DNA of 63,996 bases, the filler included. It is 5 parts of 5 records of this genome, joined end to end, with 100 filler letters (N's around TTAATTAATTAA, not from the genome) between each part and the next. Parts side by side here need not be neighbours in the genome. Positions count along the whole stretch, not along the records: positions 6,830 to 38,797 come from DRR378314_1447; positions 38,898 to 44,127 come from DRR378314_1448; positions 44,228 to 52,555 come from DRR378314_1450; 2 more parts are not named here. One strand, written 5' to 3'. The translations under genes were made by a program, and so were the position numbers. Numbering within the stretch: the first letter of the stretch is position 1; each line of letters opens with the position of its first letter. The notes under the pieces are model-generated. The model was given only the letters and a program-made list of their open reading frames with translations, ran no database searches and was not told the origin of the DNA. This document shows positions 36,429 through 49,400 of this stretch, one piece after another.

Positions 36429-38632
36429 TCCCGCCAGCTATCGTGCCTTGCAAAGAATCTACCCTCTATGTCACCCGGTCCCAAGCGTATTTGTGCCTCA
36501 TCCTGCACTACGCAATCCAATCCACTGTACGTTCCCACGAATGAGACCATGCTGCATATCTTTGTACTCTAACCGCATGTCTTCATATTTGACATCCGGT
36601 GTAACGCGAACTTGTTTACAACGGTGCCTCACTGTGGCCACCAGGTCGCTCGAAAACCTGGGCAGCCCGGCGCAGACGAGTCGGACGGCTCCTGTTGCGG
36701 TGACTCTGCAGACACGGAGCGGTAGAACAGGCAAGTCTGCACCTTGCGTTAGCACAATGGTACATCCCGGATCAACATATACAGCACAAAGCATGCGAAG
36801 GGTTACTTTATCTTATTCTGGAACTCTCCTCAGGCTCACGCGAGAGTTGAGATCGAGTGGAGCGATACGGCCGATGTACCGCGGCTCCTATTGGAGTAGG
36901 GCCGTGTATGCTCTCCGGCCAGTCATGACTCATGTGCGGCCAAGTCTGTAAAAGTTTCTAACCGACACTGTAACACTCTCCTGAAGAGCATGGATGAATA
37001 ATTTCCTACACATTACTCGAGCAGGTGCGGAAGATTCGGGTAAGACGACGGCAAAGACGGCCGCAAATACTCCGTACGCCGGGCTGCGGAGAGCCTCCCA
37101 GGTGCGCAACTCGGGTTTTGCGGTCGCCACTGTCGCTGGATCGCGAGAACTCTTTCCTTCCTAGCCTTGCGCATGCACGTTCCTGTAACTCTTTTGCAAG
37201 GCTTTCTCCATTCCCAAACCCATACACAGAAACGAATTTTGTCTATCGTTACTTTTATTCATTGCGCGGATGTGTTTTCGTGGTAGAGTTGCAGCATGGG
37301 GCAAAAATTGGCGTGATCTCTCCTAACCCGAGGAGGCAGCGCTGCTTCCAATTTCTCACCAGAAAAGGGACCATGGCTTTTCCATGTTTTACACTACCCG
37401 GCCCCTCCGCCCGACCGTTTTGCGAACTTGCTCTGATCTGTGGTCTTAACCTTTCTGCTTATCCGGTCCAACCCCCTCCACTCTGTAGATCTCAGTAGAA
37501 TCTGAGGCGCCGTCGACGGTCTCGCTGGCAACTTGTAACGCGGGCCGCGGAGGAGAGACCAAATCGATGGCGACTGAACGGTCGTCACAGGCAAGTGCGA
37601 TTGCCTCAAGGCCAACCCATCAGAAGGTGCCCAAACTAGATGGTACGTGACTGCCTATGTATACGACTAACGATCTGCAGTAAATAGAATGCATACTTCC
37701 TTTCTATCTGTACATATTTTCGTAAGCATTTCATGTTAACTTTGCACCAGAGGCAATCGGCAGCCTCGCATTGTCTGCGCGCACGGCTCTCCCCTGATGC
37801 AGCGGCCAATTCAGTGGCGCAAGGGACACGGTTCTCGCCCACTCCAAGGCGAGCATGGCGCGCTGGTATTCTGTTAAAAGCTATTATTTCCTATGTCTTT
37901 AATGCAGTTACATCCATTTCAAACATCAAGCATCTTGACACTGACCCCGGAAAGGGAAAGGGCCATCAAATCGAATTCACCGAGCAGAACAGCGGCGGCA
38001 TTTCGGGGATCAGCAAGGTGCGCCGCCCAGTACGAGACATGAGCTCCCTTGCCACCGGCCTGCTCGTTGTTCGACCTTGGATAAACATTGGAGAATATAC
38101 ACCCATTTTCTCTAATTTCATCAATTTTGATTTATGATAACCCCGTCTTTGCTGCTGGGGGAATACGTGCACCCGTCGCAGGCTGCGTCCGCAGCAAGTC
38201 GGGCGGGATCTGTGCAGGCGGCAACCCAGGTGCGGACGAGTGGGTTTGCGTGACTTGCTCTGTGGCAATACAGCGGAAGGATCTTTGTCTGTCCGCACCG
38301 GTGCACAAGAACAGTACGCTACAATACGAGTCTGTATTAAGATCCGAGCGATGCCCCGAGCAGGAACGGCGGAGCAGGTACATCCGCGCCATTGGGATGT
38401 GGCTTCACACCAATGGGGTGTTGTACATTGGGCTCGAAGGCCACCGCGAGCCGCATAGCCAGTGCGAATAAACGGTAGCGTTGGCTCTCTCGCGCGTAAC
38501 TCCAACCTCTGGAAGTACCTTGCAGACAACAGTTTGCTTGTATTATCGGAACATGTAAAACAGGCATCCTGTGATCGTTGAGCACGGGGCAGAGGCGAGT
38601 CACCGCAGCTCACGCTTGGCATCGCGCATCGC

Positions 38633-38704
38633 CTACAGACGCGCCTTCGGCAGCTGCTGCATCACCTTTTCAAATTTCATGGCCAGGCCCATGTCACCCT
38701 CGAC
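38633..38704 (-). CDS. Terminal exon of an SCP2 (sterol carrier protein 2) domain protein with peroxisomal PTS1; rest lost at the contig end
   Basis: Acceptor ttctatgcag is followed by VEGDMGLAMKFEKVMQQLPKARL*. GDMGLAMK is the SCP2 C-terminal signature and -ARL is a canonical PTS1. Confidence 0.85.
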   Translation of the reverse strand, partial: VEGDMGLAMKFEKVMQQLPKARL

Positions 38705-38797
38705 CTGCATAGAAATCAGAAGCGCACGCAAAACCAAATCCGACTCAGAGGAAACGTCATCGAATCGACAAGTCCTATTCCTCTCCGCCCCCCCCCC

Positions 38798-38897
38798 NNN
38801 NNNNNNNNNNNNNNNNNNNNNNNNNNNNNNNNNNNNNNNNNTTAATTAATTAANNNNNNNNNNNNNNNNNNNNNNNNNNNNNNNNNNNNNNNNNNNN
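38798..38897. other. Artificial contig spacer
   Basis: N44-TTAATTAATTAA-N44. Confidence 0.98.
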
Positions 38898-39722
38898 CAG
38901 GTAAACTGGAGAATAAGTGTCGAAAAGTGGTTCTTGGATCGAATCCTTCGCGAATTGCGTTTGGGAGTAAAGAATTCGTCTTCTTTCGAGTAGATCTTCT
39001 CCATCGTGTTCGCGCAAACTGTGTGAAACCGCCTAATATGGACGAAACTACTGTCTTGAGCGAAACGCTGGCAAAAACGATTGTGGAGCAAGTACGTTTT
39101 GCTAATCACGATGCTGAAGGAGAAATGAAGTCACTGTACTGGAAGCGAAAGTGACAGAGTGGTAGTAGTTGTTCTCGAACGAATCGTTGTCTCTGGCGAT
39201 CTGGATTGTGTAGAAGCAACATCACCGCTGTTTGACTATTCGTAGGTTGACGCAATTGCTTTCTGTGTGATTGCAAGAACTACTTGATCGGCAAGACTGC
39301 GCTTGCGCAATTTTGTGGCTTTCTCTCCCATTTTCTCTGATGCCGCATCGGAAAGTGCTGTTCGTTTGTTCGTTTCCTCTATCATTGTGAATCTGCGGAT
39401 AGAGACGACTCTTTTCCTGTTCCCTTTTCGCGCCCTTACCCCACACCACTCCTTCTCTCGTTCTCCCTGTGCCCGAATCGCTTTGTGATAGGGTCATTTG
39501 TGTCCTCTGCCGCTGTCCGCTGCGCCAGTCGCGTGGAATCGCGATCACGCGCTCCGTCTCGCGCCACTTCCCACACTGCTCTGTATTCCCGACAAATGCG
39601 AGCCGTACTCGTGGTCGCAGCACGAATGCACCGTCGTAAACCCGGGACTGTTCGGACCGGACGGATCGTTTATCAGCTTCTACGCCAAGGCGCCTGATGT
39701 GCAATTCGCTCAAATCGACTAA
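38898..39722 (+). CDS. POLE2: DNA polymerase epsilon subunit B, 3' part
   Basis: Exons <38898-39091 and 39492-39722 give SNPSRIAFGSKEFVFFRVDLL..RANCV..LAKTIVEQ-GHLCPLPL..PVAW..DHALRLAPLP..DK..CTVVNPGLF, colinear with the POLE2/Dpb2 C-terminus. Confidence 0.92.
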
Positions 39723-40299
39723 TTCTCGCTTCCGTGATCCTCATTGCTGTATCGGGAACGTCAGAGCGCGAGAGCGGAGAACCAGTCTTCTTCTCTTCCG
39801 CTCCCCGTCCCGTGCTCGTCTACGCGGCATCGATGTTGGAGATGCAGCTGTGTGCCTCCTTGTTTCCCTCGTATGTGCTTTACAGTGCGGGTTTTCGGTT
39901 GTGTGGATGGGATGCGCGCATCGGTGATGGTGCCGGGCGCGAGGTGGGTGCTTTTGTGAACGAATGAATGGACGAAGCTGTCTCTTAGTAGTACCTTGCT
40001 GTGAGTGATATACAAGCGAAATCTTTGCGCGTGCGTACGCGTGAGATCTCTACGAAAAAGCGCGCTACTTCGCGTACGCGAGGCGCAGCGCGGTGTCGCA
40101 TCGCTTTTTGTTGCGTGCAGCTGTGCCTTTTGCGACGCCTTGTGCCGCAATCTGCCGCTCCTGGCGCGCGCACCGGCGGCGTACACATGGAGCGACACAC
40201 TGCTACGAACCACATCATGCACCCTCATGTATATCGCTCGACACACGCGACGCGCTCCGGCGAAAACGGTGACGGAGCAATAACGCCAGCAGGCAGCGC

Positions 40300-42800
40300 T
40301 CAACGCCCCATTTGCCGCGAGACTTTCTTCATCGTTCGGTACCGCTTCCGCATATCCTTCTTGCCTCCCTTCTCGCGCTCCGACTGCGATGGAGCGGTGC
40401 GAAAATGCAGGAATACAAGTACTCGCGTCAGATGTACTACGTAGCACTCTCATACTCGCATCGCATTACACCGTAAAAGAAAAAAGGAACGAGCGAGAAA
40501 GCGAACCCCCCTGCAGGCACTGGAATAGCGAGTACGGTCAGGACTGGCGTGCTGACGTGCAAGGGCAAAGCCGTGCTGGAGCGCCAATGCGCCGCAGAGG
40601 AGAAAAACAAAGATACAAAGGCAAACTCACAGCACATGTCTTCTCGATGCGCAACACACCTGGATCTCGCGGAACTTGCGCTTAGCGTACGACTTGAAGT
40701 ACGAGTCGTCCATGAGCGAATCGATGTAGTGCTGCTTCCTCTCCCTGCGCGCCAGTCTGCCGCCGTAGAAATCCGCAGCGGACTCCACCACTCTCCCCAC
40801 CTGCTCAACACCACGCATAGCACGCCGTCAACAAGCAAGGTACAAACCGGAAGCGTAAGGGCGAGGAGGAATTCCAGAGCGAGCGCCGCGTATTCGCTTG
40901 CGCAATAGGAGCGCGCATGCAGCACGCGAGCGCACATCCTCACCGTCGACACTTCCTTCTCCGTTCCATCGGTGTCGTGTACGGTGTATGATATGCTGAA
41001 ACCTCGCTCATCGTTTGTGTCACACGGGGTTTCCGGTCTGCTAGTGCATTCGATACCACGCGACGCGGTTTTGCCGTGCCTCTGCAGTGAAGCGCAACGT
41101 GGCAGTTTGACGGCAGTTTGTCTCTATCCGCGACAATACTGTACGTACTTGGAATACTTTGGGGATTCCTTCTTCGTCGTTGGCGCGGTAGAACCGCTTC
41201 GGATCTAGGTGCTTCCGCATGCGCAGAATCCGGATATCCCGCTCCACTTCGGGCGTAAGTGCGGCGCTCTCCATGTTAAACCACCCTTTTCCTGCGCGCT
41301 GCGGTGACACAGGACGTATAACGCGTACATCGCGAAAGCAGATTCGTTAGGATAGTATCGCACGTCAACGTCGATGAGCGTTGCGGCAGTGGAGAGCAAA
41401 GGACAAGATTCGCGCGCACAAGTCCCCTTTCCTTCTTCGTGCAGCTGTATATGAAACGCCGTGTCGTGCGGTGTGCGCCACCGCTCCAGCAATACGGTGC
41501 CTCAAAGCATTTCTATCGCTGTCAAACACACACGTGTATACGCGCACACACGTAACCGCTGCGCTGCGCGTGTGCAACACGAGAGGAGCGAATCCAATTC
41601 GTCGTCTTGGTGTCACTTCGGGTCGCTGTCGCCCTGAGAGCAGCGCGCCGGACAACACACGTTTGTGCGACTGGTCTCCTGTCGTTCCGCTTCTGCGTTC
41701 GCGGGCACTCGGTGCTTCGCCATGAAATCACCACTCAGGATCGATCTGCACCGCAGCGAACGGAACCGCGCGCGAGCAGTCAGGCGTTTGACAGCATCGC
41801 CGCCGCTGCAACGCGCTCTCCGGCGCACCTCCGCGCCGACGGAGCGCTCGTTCCCCAGCCGCCGCGTTACGTACTTTTGCAGCGCCTGTCGAACAGAACT
41901 CGTCTGTGCCGCTGCAGCAGCCTTTGCAGCTGACCGCGTAATCTGCCTTCCAATCTGCAGCGAAGGCCTGCGCGCGCGCGGGAACGCAGCGCCAGCACCG
42001 ACACGCGCCGCACGGATGAGAGGAAGCGCGTACAGGAGGAAGCGGGGAGCTGGTGTTGCGCTCCGGTACGGCGACCGGGATGCGGAGTGGAGCGCAGTGC
42101 GGCTGTGCAAAAGAAAATACGTACGATTTGTCCGCGGCCACGAGGCGTTTTACTTCATCGTCGGACACGGTGCGCTTCGCTGCGGACGGCAGGGACGGCG
42201 CGGTGCGGCGGAGCTCGGCGAGCAGCACCGCTTCGAGGTCGTCCTCGGAGCTCTCGTCGCCGCGGTCAGACGAGGGCTCGGCGCGCTCCGACGGAGCCCG
42301 TCCGCGCGAGGACGGCGATGACGTGCCTTCTTCCGATGCGCCTGATTCAGCTTCATCGCGAACGGCAGTGGGTGGCTCTTCGCGCTCTGCGATCGGCAAA
42401 GGCAGCGCGAGGAAATGCCGCGCGTAAGGCTCGTGCGAGCGACAGCGCGGCACGAGCAGCGCACGCGCGGCAGCAGCGTGCAAGCTGCATACGGGCGCGC
42501 AGCACGATACGAGACTGCTCCACACACCACACACGTTCTCCATACAACGAATATTTATATCGAATAGCCACCAACGCAGCGGAGCTGGGACACTGCTGTC
42601 GCGCAAGGGATCGACCGCGGTGCGCTAGCTAGTGCACTTCGCCCGCAGCGGACTTCCACAGGCGCAACACCAGGCGAACGCGCCGCCCACGCGCACAAAC
42701 CTTCGCTGTGCTCCGTGTTGCGGCGCGACCGCGACGCCTTCTCCTTCCCAGTCTCTCCACCCGCAGTCGAGCGACGCGTGCGTCTCCGCGTCTGCACCAT
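40300..42800 (-). CDS. FCF2: Pre-rRNA processing protein Fcf2 / DNTTIP2
   Basis: About 7 exons. The last three (41298-41149, 40800-40660, 40383-40300) encode AGKGWFNM..LTPEVERDIRILRMRKHLDPKRFYR..PKVFQ-VGRVVES.ADFYGGRLARRERKQ..YAKRKFREIQ. The N-terminus begins MVQTRRR at 42800. Confidence 0.92.
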
Positions 42801-43205
42801 GTCGACCTCGGGGCTGCGAGCGCGCAGGAAGAACGGACGTGCGAGCGCGCTGCGTCAGGGGAGGGACGTGCAAGGGAAGCGCCGCACACGGCTCCTCACA
42901 CAATGATAGCTAGTCGTGCAAAGAAAACACGTCATTTCACAATACGCTGTGTTATTGATTATTCTTTTCGAAGCACATGGACCACCCCGTCAGATATGAT
43001 CAGTACAATAATATTCATATTGGTAATTTCTTTTCTTTTTATCTGTACTGATCATTTAGGTTGGGGACGAGGTTGACCTTGGTTTCCACGAGCCACGCAG
43101 CGCGGCGCGCTCGCGCCGTGTCGGCAGCGCAGTTTCCTCGCCGTGCGCACGCGCCGAGTAGCACCAGGGAGCGGCGAAGACGCACGGCTGGAAGTACAGT
43201 ACCCG
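42801..43205. promoter_or_regulatory. Probable bidirectional promoter between FCF2 and FAM32A
   Basis: Divergent ATGs are ~405 bp apart, with a markedly AT-rich core (~42920-43060) in otherwise GC-rich DNA. Confidence 0.55.
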
Positions 43206-43940
43206 ATGGGAGGAAGAGAAGACTATGATAATGTGATTGGTGGGTCGTTGCGCCTGAAGGGGGGAATCAAGTACGTTCTGCGTCCTCTCTTGTCAAGCCA
43301 AATCCGGAACTTGCGTCGCAACGACCGAGGACAACAACAAAATTGTGCAGTCCATCCACGAGCGGTACCTCGTCGCTATCGCCGCATACTGTGTGTTGAA
43401 TGTGCATAGCATGGTGATATATGTACATGCATGCGAAATTTTGCAGATGTTTGACGCAGAGCGCGCCGGTGCTCGCAGAGGTGCTGACACGTAGCGTCGG
43501 CGCACTCTCGCTCGCGTTCCTGTGGTTTCGCTCGCTCGCTTGTTGCCTGCCAACTCCACTCGCTCTTGCCAGGAAATCCAACAAAAAGAAGAAGAAGAAG
43601 AGCTCGCAGAAGACGAAGTACATGGATGTGTCCGTGCAAAAGAAGCAGGAGAGAGCGGAGGATAGCGAGCGGGCTGTCCGCGAGGAAGGCGATACCGCAG
43701 CTCAAGGTGCGGCGGCGGCGGCGGCGGCGCGCAGCACCTCCGCGGAACGACGCGGCCGCGGTGCGGTGCGAGCGAGTGAGGGAGCGAAAGGAGTGGGAAC
43801 CCGCCCGCCGACGCTCTCCGACCCCGCTCTCGGTCTCTCATCGCTGCTATCTGTGCGCGTATGTTTGTGTAGATGATGGCGCGGACGACATTGAACTCAC
43901 GCCAGCTGAGAGGGCGTTTGAGGAGCGCAGGCGGAGAATC
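43206..43940 (+). CDS. FAM32A: FAM32A / DUF1754 family protein, 3'-truncated by the contig end
   Basis: Exons 43206-43270, 43573-43706, 43873-43940, phases 2,1. They encode DYDNVIGGSLRLKGG, a poly-K tract and LTPAERAFEERRRRI. Confidence 0.85.
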
Positions 43941-44127
43941 GTACGTCACGTTGCGCGCCGAATGCACTGGACACCGCGCTGCGCCGTCCCTTTCCAACCC
44001 GTCCCTGCGGCGCCCGCGCTGCATTCCATCGATTCGTCTCGTGTGGTCCTGTTGCTCGGCAGTACACCACAGTGATTGTACCGTGCATCCCATCATCCTC
44101 GTCCTCGTCCTCGTTCTCGTCCTCGTT

Positions 44128-44227
44128 NNNNNNNNNNNNNNNNNNNNNNNNNNNNNNNNNNNNNNNNNNNNTTAATTAATTAANNNNNNNNNNNNNNNNN
44201 NNNNNNNNNNNNNNNNNNNNNNNNNNN
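44128..44227. other. Artificial contig spacer
   Basis: N44-TTAATTAATTAA-N44. Confidence 0.98.
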
Positions 44228-44460
44228 GCTGCTGCTGCTGCTGCGGCGGCGGCGGCGCTCTTGTCTTGCGGGGACCGCGCGATACGCGCAAATCTGAGAG
44301 TCGGTTGTAGGAATTGCAAGAAGAAGGGCGCGAAAGCGGCAATCCACAGACGTCGCGGACATGCCTAACGATTCAGTTGGCGACGTGGGGCTACGTGTTG
44401 ATGGTCTCTTGCGTGTACTATATACTTGCATCCTCTCTCGGCTGTGTTTGCGCCCTGCAG

Positions 44461-45788
44461 CCACCAACTCCGTCGCGCGGGCTCGTCAGCTCGATGATAT
44501 CTCGCTTTGAGAACGCGCGCTCGCCCGCTCCAATGACTCCCGGGCGCGCGCGGCGCGTTCTTTCGCGCACACCGCTTGCGTCGCCCCTTTCTGCCAAGTT
44601 TGGCGGTGCAAAGAGGGTGCGGTGTACCGGTGCGCGCGCGACCCCGCTGGGAAGCGGCAAGCCTAGCGCCAAGAAAGTTCGCATCGCGTCCCCAGAAAAG
44701 GCTGCTTCGCCCGCGTCCCACAATCGTGATATGCCAGCAACCGATGCTGTGTCGTGCGAGCCGTCGTTGGATGCGTATCTATTTGCAACCACCGACGCGG
44801 ACAGTTCTCCGCAAGTACAGCCCTCCCCGGCGCCGGAACCATCTCCGGCTGCGGTCGCGCCAACCGCTATGTTGGTACGTTTCCCGCTGTACTCTCACGT
44901 ACGCGCTCTGGACCCAGAGCCCTTGTTTTGAAGCTACGAGAGAGGTCATGTGCATCACATTGTTTGTGTATGAAAAATATGGTATGTAGATTAGCCGGCA
45001 GTGCAGTGAATAGAGGGGAAATTGCGAGGAGTTCTTGTGGAAAAAAGAAAAGTGCAGCGTTTGAACTGGCGGAATCAATGACTGCTTGTTTTTTTGTGTG
45101 CGGCGACTGCAGGACGATGGAATCACGTGGCAGCCGCCAAACGACCTCGTCGGCGCTGTTTTCGCGGATGATGACGATCTTGCACCGCGCAAACTGTCTT
45201 TTGGCGTAGGCGAGTCCAGGTGCGCTTGCCTTCGGATACTATTGCGCACGTGTAGCCCAGTAGATATCCTCGCGCTGGCATACTCCTGGTTGCTGCACGG
45301 CTCGCCTTGCGCGCTCTTTTCAAGCTTGTCGTGTTGGCAGCTGCGCCACAAACCAATGTGCTTTACACAGAGGGTTTCACGCTGCGCGCGCGAATGTTGC
45401 AGGCAAAACTCCACGTCTGTACGGTGTGGCTTTCCCTGTGCCTGCTGTTTGGGGAAGGGTTGTCTACGTGAAGTTGCACGCTACAAACATCGCAATGCTT
45501 GATGCGTGTTCGTTGTGCCTGCTCTCGGCGCGAGTGCGTATTGTATCCGATTCGGCGGTGTTCAGTATTTGTATTTCTCAGAATTCCCATCCCCCTTTGC
45601 ACAGGTCGCTGACACTGTATGTTGCGTGTTGCACATGTGCTCGATTGCCAAATGGACGCAGTGTGCTCTCCCCCGCAGCCATCACGCCGCGGCGTCGTCG
45701 TCGCCAGTCTGAGGCGGAGTCGCTCCTTGCCGCCGGCCTCACGATCGGAACTCCCGCGAGCGCCAAGCGAATGCGCCGCATCGCGTAG
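44461..45788 (+). CDS. 3' exons of an unknown disordered S/T-P-rich basic protein
   Basis: Candidate exons ~44461-44874, ~45114-45205, ~45679-45788, with clear acceptors (second donor uncertain). They encode PPTPSRGLVSSMISRFE..TPGR..SPLS..SPEK, PRKLSFG and TPRRRRRQ..TPASAKRMRRIA*. Confidence 0.5.
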
Positions 45789-46413
45789 CGCGTCTGCAGC
45801 GAATCTTTGTACCAATCGAAGCGCGAGGAGCGTTGGCTTTCAGGAGGAGGGCCGTTTTCTATCCCTCTTTGTTAGTGTAGCCGTGCAAGTTGATGTAGCT
45901 AGCCTGGGATTGCTTCCTCACAGTGTCTAGCAAGTGCAAGCGGCGAGCGCCATTCGCCTCGGTGCGAGCTGCGGCTCCCGAATAAAATGGCACAGCGTGA
46001 AGTTCCCTGCGCTGTAGTACGGCAGTGCTGTGCGCTGCGTCGCGAAGCACTGGCATCAGCGCCCCCCTCCTCGCGCACGGCGGATCCCCGCAAGCACAGC
46101 CGGAATACTTTATTACACGCACACACAAAAGAACAGAACCAGCCATGTAAATTCCGAGAGCGCGTCGTGTCGCTCAAATCTCACGAGGGCAGAAACTCGA
46201 TCGATCAATTACACAACCAAAATCTTAACTACAAAGAGCCAGGATGCACGAGAGAGGAGGGAACAAATAATATTCAAGGACCACAAACCGAGAAGAGCCA
46301 ACGCGTTGTTGGCGGCGCGGCATGCACGCTGCGCTGACGCACGGCGACGCTCAGGCGCCAGGCCGATCGCAGTGCCGCCGCAGGCCGGCGGTGATACGGG
46401 GTTGGAAGCCGAT

Positions 46414-49400
46414 CTAAGCTTGCGGCCCGACTCCCTTGTTCGGCGAAAAGATGCGCTTCACAATGCGCCCAAGCTTCTTTACCGCCTTTTGCTTCTTGTG
46501 CGAGCCCGCCGCGAGCTCCATTGCTCGCGCGCGCTCAGCATCATTGGAGCTGCGCTCCGGCGCACTTGCGCCGCGCGCTCTCGACCCCGCTGGGCTCTGC
46601 GCCGAGAAGAAGCGCGGGCGCGCACTCCGATCATCTGCCGGCGAGTTTGCAAGGCGTGTTCCGCCTATGATCGAGTCCGACTCGCTGGAGCTGGGGTCGT
46701 CCTGCGCGCCATCCGGGCCGCGGACGGCGTACGTGCCCTTGTGCGACTCTCCGGTGTCTCCCATCGCGGCTGCCGTCGCAGCAGCAGCGGCGGCAGCTGC
46801 CGCTCCAGCAGTGTCGTGCGGATTACGCTGCAACGCTTTCAGGTAGGCCTCGTTCGCGACGACGAGATGCCAGGGAAGATCCGGCCCGACGAGGCCATTG
46901 GGTCCGAGCTGAGGCTCCCGCACAGGCTCGACACTGGCGGGCCGGTGGTACGCGGCGCTGTGGAACCGCGCGCCGCTTCGGTCGCCCGCGCCTTGCTGGT
47001 TGTACTCGTGGGCGCCTGGACCGCTACGCTCCACAGTGCCCTCGCTGTCGGTATCGCTAAGAATGCTGCTACTTCCGCTACTGCGGCGCGGATGCGCCGC
47101 GCGGCCGTGATTGCCATTGAGGATTTGCTTCAGGTACGCGTTACCGGCGGCAATGGCAGCAGCGACGCGCGGGTTCGACCCCGCGGCCCCCGACTGCGAG
47201 CTGGCGCAGGACGAGGAAGCCGTGGACGACTCCCATTCGACGTCGCTATCCGCGAGCTGCTGCACGAACGACGACATGGTGGAGAGCTCTTCCGCACTGG
47301 GCCCGTCCGAGTCCTCGTCGGATGTAAAACTCCCCGCGGCTGCTGCCACAGCGGCTGCGACATTGCTGGCGGCAGCCGTAGCCGCGGCATCCTCGGGGCG
47401 CGACGCACCGGCTTCATGGGACGATGCGCCGCCTGCGCTCGAGGGGGAGCCATCGGCATCGTGCTCGTCGGCCTGCTGCTTGCGGCGGAAGATGTTCATG
47501 ATTTCCTGCATCGACTGCGAGCGCCGCGACGTGTCTCCCTCTTCTTCTGAGCTTGCCCCGGTTCGATCGTCGCTGCGCACGCCAGCAGACCCGCTCTGCA
47601 AGTCCTCGAAATCACTCCCACGCACGGAGCGCGAGCGGGCGTCCGGCTCGCTCGAGGGCGTGGCAGTACCCGTCTCGTCCTCGTCCAGCTCGCTGTCGAC
47701 AGGCTCCATCTCCTCGGCGAGCTCGCGACTGTCCGCGTCGTCGTCGTCGGCGTCTTCCGCGGAGCCTGCTTCCTTTGCATGATCGGTGTGCGCGTCGCTG
47801 CTTTCGCTGCCTTTGGAACCGGCGGCGCCGCTGTGCGATGCCGCTCGGCGAGCGGCGAGAATACTCTGCACATGCTCGAGCAGCGTTTCGATCTGATCGT
47901 CGGGCAGATTGCTCGCGTCCGCGTTCCCAAAGAGCGACGCCATCAGAGCAACAACCTCGGGGCTGTTGACGGAGTCCCCGGCCGCGCTCGAGTTCGGAAT
48001 GCGCCGGCTGCGCGAATCGCTGCGCGTTCCAGGACCCGTCGAGCTGCTTGTCGTCACCGTCAGGGGCGAGGAGCGGTTTGTGCACGGCTCGCGCATGTCG
48101 ATGCGACCGCCGCGACCCACCCGGAACCCTGCGGGGAATGGCGCTGACACCCCCACTGGCACGGCCGGATGCGAAGGTTGCGGCGCGCTCGCATTCTGGC
48201 TATTGGTGAACGACGCGTACTGGTACAGTGCGTGCATGTACACGACCGGATCCACGCCAGGAGGGACTGGGGGCGGACCGCCTGCGTTCGAGACGGCGGT
48301 TGCCGCCGCTACCGCAGCGGCCGCCGCAGCCGATATAGCAGCATCCTGGTGCACATCGGGGCCTTGCGCGTCCGTGATCACGGAGAAGACGTCCTCGTCA
48401 ACGAGAATGCGCTCGGAATCCCGGCGGAGGACGCGGGCAGCAATCTCGTTTTTCTTCGCGCGCAGCTTGCTTGCCAGCCGAGCAACGCGCTCGCGCGCCT
48501 TTGCCACAAGAGCGTCCATGTCGTCGCGCTCACCCGGACTCATCGCCGGCAAATCAGTGCGCGCGTCCTTTTCCAATTTGCGCAGCTTGTGCTGGGCGTA
48601 TTCCAGATCCTCCTCCAGGCCCTTGAGTTCGAGCATCGAGGCACGCCGCATGACAGCAGGATCAGGGGTTTCGCGTATAATCTGCGGGGTCAGTGGGTCC
48701 GCGCTCGCAAATGTCTCGTCCACGGACACTGATGTCCGGTTGCCGCGCTCCTCGTCCAGGCCGTCCAAGTCGAGCGAAGGAAGCTCGCGCAGCTTGGCCT
48801 GCGCGTGCAAGCGTTCGCGCTCGGCTCCCAGCGAGTGCTGCAGCTCGCGGCGTCGCTCGGGCGTCTTCGAGCGGTGCTCCGGCGTTCGCGCTCGCGACCT
48901 ACTCGGCGGCCTATCGCGCTGCTCCGGCGTCCGCACGCGCTGCTTTGGCGTGCGAGAGCGTCGCCGCGGGCTAGGCGAACGCGACGGATGCGGCGGATGC
49001 GATGGCGAAGTACGGCCGCTTGCTGCTGCGGCAGCCGCAACTGCCACGAGCTCCTCGTCTTCATCGATTGAGTCGGAAAACCGCGGCTCCGCACAATGCC
49101 CGCTTGTCGGAGTCGCAAGTGGTGGCTGGCCGCCGCTCGGTTCGCGCGCCTTCCCGGAAGTCCCGCCAATCGGGGAGACTGGCCTCCCAGACGCTGCACC
49201 TCCATTGCGCAAGGGACTGCGCGGAGGTTTACCGTCGCCGGAGCTTGCGCGGCTTCGAACGCTGTCATCCATGCGGCTGCTCGCGTGGCTTCCGGTCGTC
49301 GACACGTGCGACTTCTCGCTGCGCGCGCTTGGTGTGGGACTAGCGCGTATCCGAGCGCCGCCGCGGACAGTGGCAGCCGTCGGCTGCGGGGAGCTTCGCG

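Noticed and set aside
44095-44258. (GTCCTC)n and (GCT)n(GCG)n runs, like the poly-C at other contig ends, as telomeric or CRISPR-like repeats
   Set aside because: They are short simple repeats at assembly breaks, with no spacer structure and no consistent telomere unit.
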